Positions 11,627 through 23,465 are shown, counted from the stretch's first letter. The stretch: DNA of 64,000 nt from Kiritimatiellia bacterium (GCA_027493775.1 JAOSKE010000003.1:618845-682844); one strand, 5' to 3'. The notes: a model not told the origin generated them from the letters alone. Program-made: numbers and translations.

Positions 11627-11662
11627 AAAGACAAAAAAGCCCCCCGACTTGCGCCGGGGGGC
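11627..11662 (-). terminator. Rho-independent terminator for the 11687-13384 gene; bidirectional hairpin
   Basis: 9-bp GC stem agccccccg/cggggggct with an 8-nt loop, followed by a T6 run on the minus strand (aaaaaa on plus). Confidence 0.7.
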
Positions 11663-11686
11663 TTTTCGAATCATTTGGGGAAGCGA

Positions 11687-13384
11687 TTACTGCTTCTCAA
11701 TAATGTTCTTCGCGCGATCTTTTCCGCCGAGTCCGAAGGCCAGGCCGATCGCAAGCGCTGCGCCGCCGAGGACGGCGGTCACCGCAACAGTGACGATCTG
11801 CTCGCTGACGCCCAGCTCATCCAGCGCCATACCAGCGCCGAGGAAGACAATCGCGAAGCGCGCCACTTTTCCAAGCGTCGCTGCATACGGCGAGGCGCCC
11901 GCTGCCTGTGAGACGACGCCCGCAACAAAGTTGGCGAGGCTCAATGCGGCCAGCAGAATAATGATGCCGATGAAAAGACTCGGCAGGTAGCCGACAAACT
12001 GATCGGTCAATCCTGCGAGCTGGCCAAGGCCCAGCGAGGAGAACGCCTGCGACGCGACGAGCAGCAGGATGATGACCATCACCACTGTGCCGATGATCGC
12101 GGACAGAGACTGACGGCCCTCGCGCGGAGCGAGGAAATTCAGACCGATACGCGAAGGAAGCGTGTCGAAGCCAATCCCCGACAGAAGGTTCTGCACCAAC
12201 TGACGGACAAAACGCGCAACGGCATAGCCGATGAACACCACGACAGACGCGACAAGGATCGCCGGAATCGCGGCCAACACCTGCTCAAGCGTGTTGCGAA
12301 CTGGAACAGCAATCGCCTGAATCTGCAACGCATCGAGCGCAGAGATCACGATCGGCACAATCACGAATACGTACGCAATGAGCGCAGCCAAACCAGAAAG
12401 CTTCTGCTTGCCGAAGATGGCGCTAACGCCGAGACGCTCGGAGAGCTTGTCCGCGCCAGCGGCGGCGAGGAAGCTCGAAACAACTTCACGAACAATTACG
12501 GCGACAATGTTGCCGATGAGCAAAATGATCCCGGCGGCGATGATGTTCGGAATGAATGCCAGCGCCTTGGAAAGCATATCCTGCAACGGCGCAACGATCG
12601 CATCCTGGCCAAGGGCCTGGAGGAACGGAGGAACACCGAAAAGAAGGATAACATAGAACAGCAAACGGCCCGCGATCTGGGACGGCGGCTGTTTGCCGTC
12701 GCCCTTGACAAAGCGACCTGCGCGCTCATCAAACTTCAGCGCGGACAACAACTTCGCCAACGCGAAACGAGCAATGCTCGCAACGGCCCAATAGGCAAAG
12801 AGAATCACCGCAGCCTTCAACAGGCTTGGAACAACCTTCGCGATGCTATCCACGATGCCCTGAAGAGGACCCGCGACCATCTCAAGATTCAGCGCATTGA
12901 AAAACGCAACAAAGCCGATCAGCAGGATCACCCACTTGACCACGCCGCCGATGAGGTCGCCGACAGAGGCCATCGAGCCATCCGAGCGCTTCAAGAGGTT
13001 GTTCAGCCCCCAATCTTTCGCGGCGCGTTCATCAAGGCGCGTCAGATTGAAAAGCTTGCGAACCCCCGCGCCAACCAGCTTGGCCACAATCCAAAAGCCG
13101 AGCAGAAGCACAAGGGCCTTCACGAGCGTCGGCACGGCGGACATCGTGCGTTGCAGCATCGGCATAATTGCTTCCTGCCAAAGCTTGCGACCCTGTTCCA
13201 ACACCTCGCCACTGCCACTGCGCACGGCGCCACTCACATCAGCCACTGCGGAACCCACGCCCTGAACGACGTCCTTGCCCGTCTGGACTGGGGAAACCGC
13301 TTCAGTTTCCTGGGCCATCACCCCGGTCAAGCCACCCACGGCCAACCAGGCGAGTACGCCCCATATTAATGATCTATGTTTCAT
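11687..13384 (-). CDS. Membrane protein with conserved TM-helix repeats (mechanosensitive-channel-associated TM_helix family) and a signal peptide
   Basis: Start MKHRSLIWGVLAWLAVGG. About 10 TM segments with repeated LxxLGxDxxxxxPLxxxL modules. Confidence 0.65.
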   Translation of the reverse strand: MKHRSLIWGVLAWLAVGGLTGVMAQETEAVSPVQTGKDVVQGVGSAVADVSGAVRSGSGEVLEQGRKLWQEAIMPMLQRTMSAVPTLVKALVLLLGFWIVAKLVGAGVRKLFNLTRLDERAAKDWGLNNLLKRSDGSMASVGDLIGGVVKWVILLIGFVAFFNALNLEMVAGPLQGIVDSIAKVVPSLLKAAVILFAYWAVASIARFALAKLLSALKFDERAGRFVKGDGKQPPSQIAGRLLFYVILLFGVPPFLQALGQDAIVAPLQDMLSKALAFIPNIIAAGIILLIGNIVAVIVREVVSSFLAAAGADKLSERLGVSAIFGKQKLSGLAALIAYVFVIVPIVISALDALQIQAIAVPVRNTLEQVLAAIPAILVASVVVFIGYAVARFVRQLVQNLLSGIGFDTLPSRIGLNFLAPREGRQSLSAIIGTVVMVIILLLVASQAFSSLGLGQLAGLTDQFVGYLPSLFIGIIILLAALSLANFVAGVVSQAAGASPYAATLGKVARFAIVFLGAGMALDELGVSEQIVTVAVTAVLGGAALAIGLAFGLGGKDRAKNIIEKQ

Positions 13385-13562
13385 ATTTCTGCCTCCTGTT
13401 GTTAATTCAAGGAACGACGCCACCTCGTTCGTTCAATCTGCACGCTATCCAGAATGCAGGGTTGTGCAAGGTTTATTGCGCCGATTTTCCTGTTTTGAGG
13501 CAAAAAAACGGCTTAATTTGGCTTATTGGGCGCCAAAATTGACAAAAACGAGCAAAATTACG

Positions 13563-14894
13563 CTATTTTGCGCGAATTACCGCGAGGACCTCGTCGCGAT
13601 GCGCCCGCATCTGATCCTCCGCCTTCGCCTCAAGATTTAACCGAATCAACGGTTCGGTATTGGATGCGCGGACATTGAACCACCAATCGGCAAACTCGAC
13701 AGACAATCCATCCAGTTCCAACACGCGCCCCTGACTGGCGTAACGCTCGCGCAGTCGATTCAGAACCCTGCCCACATCGGCGACCTCGGAGTTGATCTCG
13801 CCGCTCGCGAAGTATCGGTGAATCGGAGCGATGAGTTCAGAAAGCGTCTTGTCGCCATGGCTGATCATATTCGCGACATAAATCGCGGCAAGCGCCGCGC
13901 TCTCGGTATAAAAATTGTCCTTAAAGTAATAGTGCCCGGACAACTCCCCCGCAAACACCGCATCCGCCTCGCGCATTTGCTGTTTGATGAACGCATGGCC
14001 CACGCGCGACATCATCGGGCGGCCGCCGTGTTCCTCAATAACCTCCTTCACCGCCCAACTGGAGCGGAGGTCATAAAAAATTGCCGCGTTCGGTTGGCGC
14101 TCCAACATCACCTGCGCCACCAATGCGGTGATCATATCGCTCGTCACGATATTCCCCTTCTCGTCCATAAATCCGATTCGATCTGCGTCCCCGTCAAAAT
14201 AAAGGCCGATATCGTAGTTGCCCGACTGGATTTTCTGGCGCAGCGCAGTCCACGTCTCCTCGTGCAGCGGGTTCGCTTCGTGATTGGGGAACGTGCCATC
14301 AAGTGTGTCGAATAGCGGATCAATTTCGAAGTTCTTCAACCCACGCAGCGCCTCGCCTTCACTAATGCCCATACCATTTGCGTAATCAATCGCCACCCGC
14401 AGCGGGCGCTTAATGTCCTCGAACTCGCGAACGCGCGCGACGTAATCGGCAACCACCTCGTGCTTCCGAAGGCTTCCCGACTGCGAAGCCGCCGTGAATT
14501 GATTTTTTAAAACAAGCTGCTCAATATCCTTGATTCCCGTTGCCCCGCTAATGGGAATCGCCTTCTCGCGACAAAGCTTAAATCCGTTCCATTCGGCGGA
14601 GTTGTGCGAGGCTGTGATCATGATGCTCGCATCCGCGCCGAGTGTACCGTTCGCGTAGTAGGTCATTGGCGTCGAAACGAGCCCAAGATCCACCACGTCC
14701 GCGCCCTGCTCCATCAGCCCTCGCGTCAACGCCTCAAACAGCGGAACCGAGTGCGGGCGCATGTCGCGACCAACGATGACGGTCTTGCAGCCGAGAAATG
14801 TCACGAACGCACGGCCAATTTTGTATGCCAAGTCTTCGTTCAGCGTTTCCCCATAAATTCCGCGGATGTCGTATGCCTTAAAAATACTCGCCAT
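13563..14894 (-). CDS. Phosphomannomutase/phosphoglucomutase (alpha-D-phosphohexomutase)
   Basis: Active-site TASHN, Mg loop FDGDADR, sugar-binding GELSGH. Intact over 443 aa. Confidence 0.9.
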   Translation of the reverse strand: MASIFKAYDIRGIYGETLNEDLAYKIGRAFVTFLGCKTVIVGRDMRPHSVPLFEALTRGLMEQGADVVDLGLVSTPMTYYANGTLGADASIMITASHNSAEWNGFKLCREKAIPISGATGIKDIEQLVLKNQFTAASQSGSLRKHEVVADYVARVREFEDIKRPLRVAIDYANGMGISEGEALRGLKNFEIDPLFDTLDGTFPNHEANPLHEETWTALRQKIQSGNYDIGLYFDGDADRIGFMDEKGNIVTSDMITALVAQVMLERQPNAAIFYDLRSSWAVKEVIEEHGGRPMMSRVGHAFIKQQMREADAVFAGELSGHYYFKDNFYTESAALAAIYVANMISHGDKTLSELIAPIHRYFASGEINSEVADVGRVLNRLRERYASQGRVLELDGLSVEFADWWFNVRASNTEPLIRLNLEAKAEDQMRAHRDEVLAVIRAK

Positions 14895-15049
14895 AATAAA
14901 AACTCCTATCGCTGAAACGGTGCGACTCTAGCCATCAACACGCAACCCCATCAAGCGCGAAAGCCCGCCCCCGATTCGCGGCTTGGCGCAGTACGCAATT
15001 TCTGCCACCACTCACTCAAATGCACAACTCACCAAGCTCGATCAGTGTC

Positions 15050-15931
15050 ATGACCTTCAATATGCGCTACGCCTCGGCAAAGGACGGCGCGGACGCATGG
15101 CGCAATCCCAACCAGCGCCCGAATCGCCGCGACGCCGCGAAGGCCATGCTCGCGCGCCACACGCCGGACCTCATCGGAATGCAGGAGGGAGAAGACGCGC
15201 AGTTGGAAGAACTGTTCGCCGACCTGCCGAATTACCAAGTGGAGCGCCAAAAACCAAGCGGCGGCGGCGGAAATGAGAATGCGGCGATTGCGTGGGATCC
15301 GAATACATTCGACCTGCTGGACCGCGGCGTATTTTCCCTCGGCCCCAGCCCCGGCCCGGACTACGCACTCACGAGCGGCGAGCCATTCGATCCCGATTCA
15401 TTTTATCCCGATCTAAAACTACCCTTCCCCCGTATCGCCCTCCGCTTGCTCTTTCGCCACCACGCAACCGGCCAGCAGTTTTATTTTTATTCAACCCACT
15501 TCGATCTGAACGAAGCGACGCAAACACAAAGCGCCGCACTCATCATCAAAGACACACAAGCCCGCACCACGCCACTCGCCATCGTATGCGGTGACTTCAA
15601 CAATCCACCCACCCACCGTGCCTGGCGGCTGTTCACCGGCGCAATCGAGTCCGATGGTGCGCGCGGCGATTTCACCGACTCGTGGATGGAGGCCAAGGCC
15701 TCAAATCCGCGCGAAGGAACCATGCACGACTTTCGCGGCGGAAGTGTCCCGGCGGACTGGCGGATAGATTGGATTTTGCATCGCGGCGGCTTCAAAACCG
15801 AATCCGCACAAATCATCTACGACGCCGAACGCGCAACCAATGCGATTACGAACCAGCCGCGTCTGCAATATCCATCCGATCACTATCCCGTCCTTGCACG
15901 GCTGCGTTTTCCCGCCGCAGCGAAACCATAA
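15050..15931 (+). CDS. Endonuclease/exonuclease/phosphatase (EEP) family protein
   Basis: MTFNMRY N-terminus; IGMQE, GDFN and SDHYPV motifs typical of EEP. Confidence 0.75.
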   Translation: MTFNMRYASAKDGADAWRNPNQRPNRRDAAKAMLARHTPDLIGMQEGEDAQLEELFADLPNYQVERQKPSGGGGNENAAIAWDPNTFDLLDRGVFSLGPSPGPDYALTSGEPFDPDSFYPDLKLPFPRIALRLLFRHHATGQQFYFYSTHFDLNEATQTQSAALIIKDTQARTTPLAIVCGDFNNPPTHRAWRLFTGAIESDGARGDFTDSWMEAKASNPREGTMHDFRGGSVPADWRIDWILHRGGFKTESAQIIYDAERATNAITNQPRLQYPSDHYPVLARLRFPAAAKP

Positions 15932-16070
15932 AAAGAAGAGCCCAAACCCGAAATTCGCGCTCATTCGCAGTAATCCCGCTGAAACGAGACACGTTTGTGG
16001 GACTATTCTGAAAAATAATCTGCGGGGAGTTTTGGGCCCGCGCGCAACGTTCCGCTTACATGGGCGATGG

Positions 16071-18535
16071 CTACGGCCACTGCACTTCAATGCGATAAAA
16101 GCGCGCGCTGGCAGGGCTCGAAAGATTGAGCTGGAGGGTGTTAATCGGCGGAGTTGCGAGGATATTGGAAATCGCGAGTTGGAAGTTATACAGAGTGTCG
16201 TCGGAATACCAAACGCTGTACTGCCGATTGCTGGCGCTGGGCCACACAATCTCAATTTGCGCGCCTTCTTGCGGCTCAAAACGGGAAAGCTGAAACAACG
16301 AATCGGGATCGGTCGGGTCCGTGCCTGCAACGTACTCGCCGTAGTCGCTCAAACCGTCTCCGTCAAAATCGTAAATCGAATTCAACACTTCAAGTGTGTC
16401 GAAGTAGTCCAGCTCCCATGAATCGGGGAGTCCATCGCCATCCATATCCGAATCCCCGGCGCCAGGCAGAGCAAACAGCTTCAAAACGCCGAGATGCTGG
16501 ACGCCGATGGCTGCGGAATCATTCGGAAGCACAGGCGCGGGCGGGGGTTCCACACACGACTGTCAAAAATCATCCCGCCGGAAAAAATGAATCCGCCAAA
16601 TGGCAGTGGACGATGCAACGCGGCAAGTGGAGCGTTTGGCAGAACATAATCGTAGGGCCGACCGCGCGGGATATTTGTGTTGCGATTTCCCAACTGATCG
16701 CTCGGCTGCATGGCGTCGCTAAAAACATTGGTGAGAACCGCCAGCGCGCTTTCGTTCCGGCTCGCCTGATTGAGATCTCCGGCAACGACAACAAAATCTG
16801 ACTCGGGCCAACCCATCTGCGCGACATAATTGGTGATCTGTCGCGCCTGATGTTCGCGACGGGCGCGGTCGGTTCCGCTGTCGCTCGCCTTCAAGTGTAC
16901 GCTCACCACGTGCAGCTTCTGCGTGCCTGGCAAATCAATCGTTGCCCACGCAAAATCACGATCAGCCAGCTCAAGGTCATCCCATTCACCGGCGTCAAGA
17001 ATCGGCCAGCGGCTGATGATCCCATTCGGCAAATCGCAGCCAGCATTCATGCTTTCAGCCGTGACGTACCAGCCGGGGCCGAATATCTCCTCGACTAGGT
17101 TGGAATAGGCCTCCATATCCGGCGCCTTGAATTCTTGAATCGCGATTACGTCCGGCGACATTCCGCGCAAGAGCCGCCGACTCGCGCCGACGTACTCCGG
17201 ATAACACACGCTAACCTGACTCGACAGGTTCGCCGCGGCAATTGAAAAACTGTTCCCGTCCAAAATGCGAACATGCGCACTGACCGGCGACGTAACTACG
17301 ATTCCCGCAACCGGAACGAGTTCAAGATCAAGCCACTCCGGGCCCTCAATTTCGTTATCCGGATACACCACGACATTAATCCACTGACTCGTCGGCCCGT
17401 TCGCAGTGAATGTCAATGTGGTTGGAAATATCTCAAGATCATCCGGCACCGACGCTGTACCCGAGACGGCGACCTGCAACACGCCATCGCCGGGTTTGTT
17501 CACGACCACCTCCAAACGCCCGGTGACCGGTGCCGTGTCTTCTCGCATCCACAACCAGTCTTCGGGGAAATGCGCCTCCAGCGGATTCGTAACGACGTTA
17601 ATCACGGACTCGACAATCGTAACGCCGTCCTTATCTGCGGCATAATATCGCGTTGTATAGACACCGATCGGCCCAGCTTCCGGCCATGCAAAAACACCCG
17701 CAGCATCCAAGACATCAAATGTTGCGCCCGATGGAATGTTGCTCGCGGTCAACGTGACGGGATCGCCATCGGTCGCTTGCGCCTGCACAGTCAGCCAGAA
17801 CGGATACCCTTCCCGAACAGTGTGCTCGCCCAACGGATACAACAGCGGCGGCACATCCACCCCGCCCGCGCGCAACGCGATAATCCATGCATTATTTTCC
17901 GGCGAATTCGCGACACCGGGCGACGCTTCAGTCGCGTAGGTATATCGCCAGTTTTTCGGATCGGAGAGATCGTCTTCAGCGCCGCCCAGAAATCGAACGG
18001 CGCGACCGCCGCCCGGCGATGGGATATACGGCGTATCCGGGCGACCAGCGAGATTATGAATTAGTTCTCCCTGTGCATTGCGCAGCGCGGGCGTGTCATC
18101 GGTATTGCTGTTTCCAAAATGCCCCTGTCCGGGCCACGAGCCAACTTCCAACAGAAGGCTCGAATCCAGTCCATCGAGAACAAGTGAGAAGTTAGAATTA
18201 TCCGTGTCCGGTGCGCCAGCGATCAATACGGAAGGGTCGGGGTCACCACCGTTGTAGATCACAATTAACGTTCCGGCCGGAATGGAGGCCCAAAACGGAA
18301 TGTCGGGAAATTGGATAAGCGGATGAAACGAGCCGTTATCAAAATCGCCCGCGCTCCACCCGCGCAGGTCAAGGTTCGGTTCGACAACAAGAATCTCGAA
18401 CCACTCCTTCATCCCGTTCTCGCCCTGCGAGAATTCGTTGACGATTGCTGGCAGCGTTCCGGCCGGTACAGCCCATCCCGTCACGACCGGCATCAGCAGT
18501 ATCGCAACCGCCCAGTGAGCGAAGAATTCAAGCAT
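16071..18535 (-). CDS. Secreted multidomain protein: lamin-tail domain (LTD), beta-rich middle region, EEP nuclease/phosphatase domain, and Ca-binding DxDGDG C-terminus. Frameshift near 16545.
   Basis: LTD (EWFEILV...IPAGTLIVIYNGG); EEP motifs (DVIAIQEF, VVAGDLN). The C-terminal ORF 16071-16553 continues the protein (DSDMDGDGLPDSWE). Confidence 0.7.
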
Positions 18536-18602
18536 GAACGGGCAATGCTAACAAAAATCTAACGCGCAACCCAAACCTTTAACGGCCAAATTTGCGCGAA
18601 GG

Positions 18603-19356
18603 TTATTTGCCGTAGATCTCGTCCAGACTGTCTGTGAAAGACACGCCAGCAAAAAATGTGGTGTGGTCGAAAAGCGGATCGGGGATTGGCTCGTTCACCG
18701 CGAGATTCGAGAGGCGCGTAGTTTCTGAAACGTTTTCGCTCCCCTGCGTCAGCTCCGCCTTTTGCAGCAGGGCAAACCAAACACCCGGCGCAGCTTCCTG
18801 AAAGTTTTCGTAGTCGTACGTCGCAAGGCGTTGCGTTTGGTTCGCATCGTTGAAAAATTCAATCCGTGCGAGACGGCCCTCGGCATCGAGGCTCAAAACA
18901 ACATGGCGGGGATCCGCCTGAATGCCGACGCGCGTTGGAAATTGTTCTGTGGCGGGCAGAGGCTCTTCCGGCTTTGCGCGAAGACGAAGCAGATGGTCCA
19001 TCGCTGTGCCGGGAACCTGGCGGAGAGAGATCAGCCAATCGCCTTCAAGTTTTGAAACGGGCAGCGAATAGCCCTTCGGATCGCCGTCAATGTAGCTGTA
19101 GAAATTTGTGCCGTCGGCGACAATGCGTCGGCGCGGTTGCGTCACTGCTTCGACATGCAGTCGGGTCCGGGCGCTTAAAATAAACGCGACTCAACCGACG
19201 CATACTGCCGCCCCCGCCAGCGGTGTCCCGGCGGATTTCGACCTGAACCGACTGCACCGCGTCATAAGACGCGATCAATTTATCCACCACCGATTCGGCT
19301 CTCGCAGATGTCGCAGCCAAGGCGAGTCCAAGCAGTCCAAACAACAACACATTCAT
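18603..19356 (-). CDS. LolA-like periplasmic/lipoprotein-sorting family protein with signal peptide. Frameshift near 19165 (C-run).
   Basis: The N-terminus MNVLLFGLLGLALAATSARA...VQVEIRRD lies in the upstream frame and joins RLHVEAVTQPRRRIVADGTNFYSY after a 1-nt shift. Confidence 0.55.
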
Positions 19357-19454
19357 CTCCACTATTGAGCACAGAGTTCTGAGATTACACAATGCCGAAA
19401 TGCCTCCGCGAACGTGTCTCGCTTCAGCGGGGTTATCGCGAATAAAGGCAAATT

Positions 19455-19964
19455 TCAGGTAATCCCGCGCGAGAGTAAAATTCCGATTACGAGCATGGCG
19501 ATTGAAAGCAGCAGGTTGAATCGCCCGAACCACATCGCAAGGCGACGGAGGCGGAGCGCTTGAGGAGAACCTGCGGCGATGACTTGCGCGTCGTTCGCGC
19601 GCAGACCGATAAACCAGTCGTGCACAACGCTGATCGCAAGGATACAGACAAAAATGAGCAGCTTGATCGCGAGCAGGTGTCCGTAGCCCGCACGCCAAAA
19701 TTCCGCCTTCACCCAAAGCTGTGGCCCCATTCCGCGCCCGATCAAATTCAACGCGCCGGTGGTAAGTAGAACGGCTAGGGCAACCCAGCCGACGAGGCGA
19801 AAGCAAAGGCCGGTGCTGTGGAGCAAGTCGCGCCGCAAACTCGCGTCATCCAACTTGCGAAGGCCGGGCACAAGAACCAAGGCCATGAACAACATTCCAC
19901 CGATCCACGCACAAGCGGCAAGCACATGAAAAATCAACGATGTAGCGTATAGCCCTATATGCAT
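19455..19964 (-). CDS. CopD-like integral membrane protein (4-5 TM), divergent from nsrR-nirK
   Basis: All-hydrophobic 169 aa with a CopD/DUF-type topology. Position next to the copper-enzyme cluster. Confidence 0.5.
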   Translation of the reverse strand: MHIGLYATSLIFHVLAACAWIGGMLFMALVLVPGLRKLDDASLRRDLLHSTGLCFRLVGWVALAVLLTTGALNLIGRGMGPQLWVKAEFWRAGYGHLLAIKLLIFVCILAISVVHDWFIGLRANDAQVIAAGSPQALRLRRLAMWFGRFNLLLSIAMLVIGILLSRGIT

Positions 19965-20066
19965 CTAAATCACTCGCAGAAAACAGCCAATTTATTGCCC
20001 AAGAACGCTTGACACCACTTCGTTGAAAACAATACTCGGCAATGCAGGTGGAGTGCCTGAATTTTT

Positions 20067-20492
20067 ATGTCCATCCTCTCCAAAAGCTGTATCTATGCGC
20101 TCCGTGCGACAATGTACACCGCGTGTCAAGGGACCGCTGGTGCGCTCGTGACTGTCCAGACGATGGCACAAGAACTGGACATCCCTTCGCATTACCTGAC
20201 CAAGGTGCTGGCGAAACTATCGCGGAAACGCATCATGAAATCGCAGCGCGGAAAGACCGGTGGCATGGCGCTGGCAAAGCCCGCGCAAAAAATCACGCTG
20301 CTGGAGATCGTTGAGGCCATTGATGGAAGAGAGCCGCTGGCTGGCTGCATCCTTGGCCCAACACACTGCACCGAACGTAAGCCCTGCCCTCTGCGCAAGT
20401 CGTGGATGGTGGAGCAAAAGCGCCTTGAAGCATTGTTCTCGAAAACACGCATTTCAGACATGGTCCGCAGCAAGGGCCGCATAAAACTGTAA
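20067..20492 (+). CDS. nsrR: Rrf2-family transcriptional regulator, NsrR-like (NO-sensing repressor)
   Basis: N-terminal wHTH of Rrf2. Three Cys cluster GCILGPTHCTERKPCPL for Fe-S. Directly upstream of nirK. Confidence 0.8.
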   Translation: MSILSKSCIYALRATMYTACQGTAGALVTVQTMAQELDIPSHYLTKVLAKLSRKRIMKSQRGKTGGMALAKPAQKITLLEIVEAIDGREPLAGCILGPTHCTERKPCPLRKSWMVEQKRLEALFSKTRISDMVRSKGRIKL

Positions 20493-20573
20493 CCCGCCGA
20501 GTCTCACTCGGCATCAAAATCAACCACGCACGAATTTTCAAAAAAAGAGGCACCAAAAAAGGGAGACCCCAAA

Positions 20574-22040
20574 ATGAAAGAACAGCGGACAAAACGTACA
20601 ACTCGCCATTTCCATCGCATCGCGCTTGCATTGAGCGCTGTGTTCCTCGCCGCAGCAGGCGCATCCGCTGCAGAGCTGCCGCGCGAAGAAGCCGTCCTGA
20701 CCCATGCGCCGAACGTGCCACCCCCCATCACGCGCCGCACCCCGGCAAAGGTTGTCATCAACTTGGAGGTCAAGGAACACATCGCCGAACTTGCGCCGGG
20801 CGTCGAATACACGTTCTGGACATTTGGCGGACAAGTTCCTGGTCCGTTTATGCGTATTCGCGAGGGTGACGAGGTGGAATTTCACCTGCACAATAATCCG
20901 GACAACAAGCTTCCGCACAACATTGACTTGCACGCGGTGACGGGCCCGGGCGGCGGCGCAGCCGCTTCCTTCACGGCGCCAGGGCGCAGCTCGCAGTTCA
21001 GCTTCAAGGCGCTCAAGCCCGGGCTGTACGTCTATCACTGCGCAACCGCGCCGGTCGGAATGCATATCGCGAACGGAATGTACGGGTTGATTCTCGTCGA
21101 GCCAGAGTTCGGATTGCCTCCGGTTGATCACGAATATTACCTAATGCAGGGTGAATTCTACACAGAAGGCGAATACGGCACACCCGGACTCCAGACGTTC
21201 TCCATGAACAAGGCGCTGGATGAGCGGCCCGACTATGTCGTCTTCAACGGCTCGGTCGGCTCGCTGACGGGTGACAATGCGATTCACGCAAAGACGGGTG
21301 AAACGGTTCGTCTCTACGTCGGAAACGGCGGCCCGAACCTGATCTCCTCGTTCCACGTGATCGGAGAAATTTTTGACACCGTCCACATTGAAGGCGGTGA
21401 TCGCCTCAATGCAAATGTCCAAACCACACTGGTTCCCGCCGGTGGCTCGGCCATCGTCGAGTTCTTTTGCGATGCCCCCGGCACGCTCACGCTCGTGGAT
21501 CACTCGATTTTCCGCGCATTCAACAAAGGTGCGCTCGGAATGTTGAAAGTCGAGGGCGAGCCGAATCTCACCGTCTTCTCGGGCAAGCAGCACGACTCGG
21601 TGTACCTGCCCGAAGGCCGCGAGCCGCCAAGCGACAATGGCCACGCCCTCGTGAGAACCGACCGCGAGCCGACGCTGACAGAACAGAAGCGTGCCGGCGA
21701 ATTGGTGTACAAGCAAACCTGCTTCGCCTGCCACCAGGCGAGCGGACAAGGTATTCCTAGCGTCTTCCCGCCACTGGCCAATTCGGATTATCTGAATGCC
21801 GACCCCGAGCGCGCAGTGGCCTATGTCATCTTCGGTCGCCAAGGCCCGATCACGGTTAACGGCGTGGACTACAACCAAATCATGACGCCGCAAAACCTCA
21901 ACAACGAGCAAATCGCCGATGTGGTCACCTATGTCCTCAACACCTGGGGCAACAAGAAAGGCCGCATCAGCGCAACGCGTGTACAGGAAATTCGTGACGG
22001 TGGTCCCGAGCCATTCGGCGCGGGCATCCACGCGGAGTAA
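20574..22040 (+). CDS. nirK: Copper-containing nitrite reductase NirK with C-terminal class I cytochrome c domain
   Basis: Signal peptide; type 1/type 2 Cu ligand motifs ([21 protein letters not shown]); C-terminal CFACHQ heme motif; RBS aagggaga. Confidence 0.9.
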   Translation: MKEQRTKRTTRHFHRIALALSAVFLAAAGASAAELPREEAVLTHAPNVPPPITRRTPAKVVINLEVKEHIAELAPGVEYTFWTFGGQVPGPFMRIREGDEVEFHLHNNPDNKLPHNIDLHAVTGPGGGAAASFTAPGRSSQFSFKALKPGLYVYHCATAPVGMHIANGMYGLILVEPEFGLPPVDHEYYLMQGEFYTEGEYGTPGLQTFSMNKALDERPDYVVFNGSVGSLTGDNAIHAKTGETVRLYVGNGGPNLISSFHVIGEIFDTVHIEGGDRLNANVQTTLVPAGGSAIVEFFCDAPGTLTLVDHSIFRAFNKGALGMLKVEGEPNLTVFSGKQHDSVYLPEGREPPSDNGHALVRTDREPTLTEQKRAGELVYKQTCFACHQASGQGIPSVFPPLANSDYLNADPERAVAYVIFGRQGPITVNGVDYNQIMTPQNLNNEQIADVVTYVLNTWGNKKGRISATRVQEIRDGGPEPFGAGIHAE

Positions 22041-22041
22041 G

Positions 22042-22821
22042 GTGAAGCGAATCGTCATCGCGCTGCTCTTCGCATCGCTGTGCGGTGGAGTCGAGGCCGC
22101 CTTTATCCAGGTGGATGCAGGCGTGTACCGTCCCATCTATAGTAATGAACCAGAGCAGCCGGTGGCGGCGTTTCTACTGGAGGAAGCGCAGGTGACGAAC
22201 GAGGAGTTCCTCCAGTTCGTCACGGAAAATCCGCGCTGGCAACGCAGCAAGGCGAGCAAGCTGTTTGTGGACGAACGCTATCTTGCAAATTGGACGGACG
22301 ACCTCACACCCGGAGTGAACGCACCGCTCAACCATCCCGTTACACAGGTCTCTTGGTTTGCCGCCCGCGCGTATGCGCAGTGGAAGGGTGCGCGCCTCCC
22401 CACCCTCGCCGAATGGGAATGGGCCGCGAGCGCGAGTGAGGATCGTGCAGATAGCCGAGGCGACACCAACTTCCTCGCGCGCATCCTCGCATGGTACGGC
22501 CGCCCGGCCAGCACAGGTACTCAGCCCGTGCGAAGCGTCTATAAAAATTTCTGGGGCGCGTGGGATATGCATGGACAAATTTGGGAGTGGGTCGAAGATT
22601 TCAACTCCGCCCTCGTCACCGGCGAATCGCGCAACGATTCCGCGTTAGAAGGCGGATTATTCTGCGGAAGCGGCGCAGCCGGAGCAGCGGATGTCGAGGA
22701 CTACGCAGCTTTTATGCGCTTCGCATTTCGCAGTAGCCTAAAAGCGAGGTATAGTACCTCCGCGCTCGGCTTCCGCTGTGCGCGGGATCTTCCGGCAGAC
22801 CTGAAAGAACCAACACAATGA
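22042..22821 (+). CDS. nirV: FGE-sulfatase/NirV-like protein (formylglycine-generating-enzyme fold), GTG start
   Basis: PF03781-like motifs (VTQVSWFAARAYAQWKG, LPTLAEWEWAA, GAWDMHGQIWEWVED). Conserved position after nirK. Confidence 0.75.
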   Translation: MKRIVIALLFASLCGGVEAAFIQVDAGVYRPIYSNEPEQPVAAFLLEEAQVTNEEFLQFVTENPRWQRSKASKLFVDERYLANWTDDLTPGVNAPLNHPVTQVSWFAARAYAQWKGARLPTLAEWEWAASASEDRADSRGDTNFLARILAWYGRPASTGTQPVRSVYKNFWGAWDMHGQIWEWVEDFNSALVTGESRNDSALEGGLFCGSGAAGAADVEDYAAFMRFAFRSSLKARYSTSALGFRCARDLPADLKEPTQ

Positions 22822-23420
22822 AAATACAGATCGTACTGATTATTTGCGCAGCGTTGAGTCTTCCGCTCTACGCACACGCAGCGGCGTGCTGCGCGACAGA
22901 CGACGTCGAAGGCGTCGCGCTCTCCGAACTGCCAGACGAGTCGCTCTATCAACTCGATTCCACTTGGACAAACGCCGAAGGCGCACCGATACACCTCTCC
23001 GATCTGCGCGGGCCACACCGTATCGTTGCGATGTTCTACTCAACCTGCACCCACGTCTGTCCCCTCATCGTCTCGAATATGAAACGTATCGAACGCGAAG
23101 TGCCCGCCGACGCGAATATCGAATTCACGCTCTTCTCGCTCGATCCCGAACGCGACACGCCTAAGGCGCTCCGCGAATTTGCACAACGCCAGAAAATTAC
23201 CGCACCCAACTGGAAAGTGCTGGCCGCGTCACAAGATAGCGTCCGCGAGCTCAGCGCCGTCCTCGGCGTCAACTATCGCACAGAGGCGGACGGCGAAATT
23301 GCCCACTCCACTCAGATCACCCTGCTGGACCACGACGGACGCATCGTTGCGCAACTGGCCAAAATGGATGACGACCCCGCGCCGATCATCGCGGCGCTTC
23401 AATCAGCTCATGAACACTAA
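22818..23420 (+). CDS. SCO1/SenC copper chaperone (thioredoxin fold)
   Basis: CTHVCP (CxxxCP) motif; His ligand region (EIAHSTQITLLD); signal peptide; ATGA overlap. Confidence 0.85.
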   Translation: MKIQIVLIICAALSLPLYAHAAACCATDDVEGVALSELPDESLYQLDSTWTNAEGAPIHLSDLRGPHRIVAMFYSTCTHVCPLIVSNMKRIEREVPADANIEFTLFSLDPERDTPKALREFAQRQKITAPNWKVLAASQDSVRELSAVLGVNYRTEADGEIAHSTQITLLDHDGRIVAQLAKMDDDPAPIIAALQSAHEH

Positions 23421-23465
23421 CAACACTACAACAGTTCGGAACGAAACCCCACACGAGGTGCGGGA

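Noticed and set aside
20538-22136. Minus-strand ORFs 20538-21131 and 21141-22136
   Set aside because: Antisense to nirK, which has unambiguous copper-site and heme motifs.
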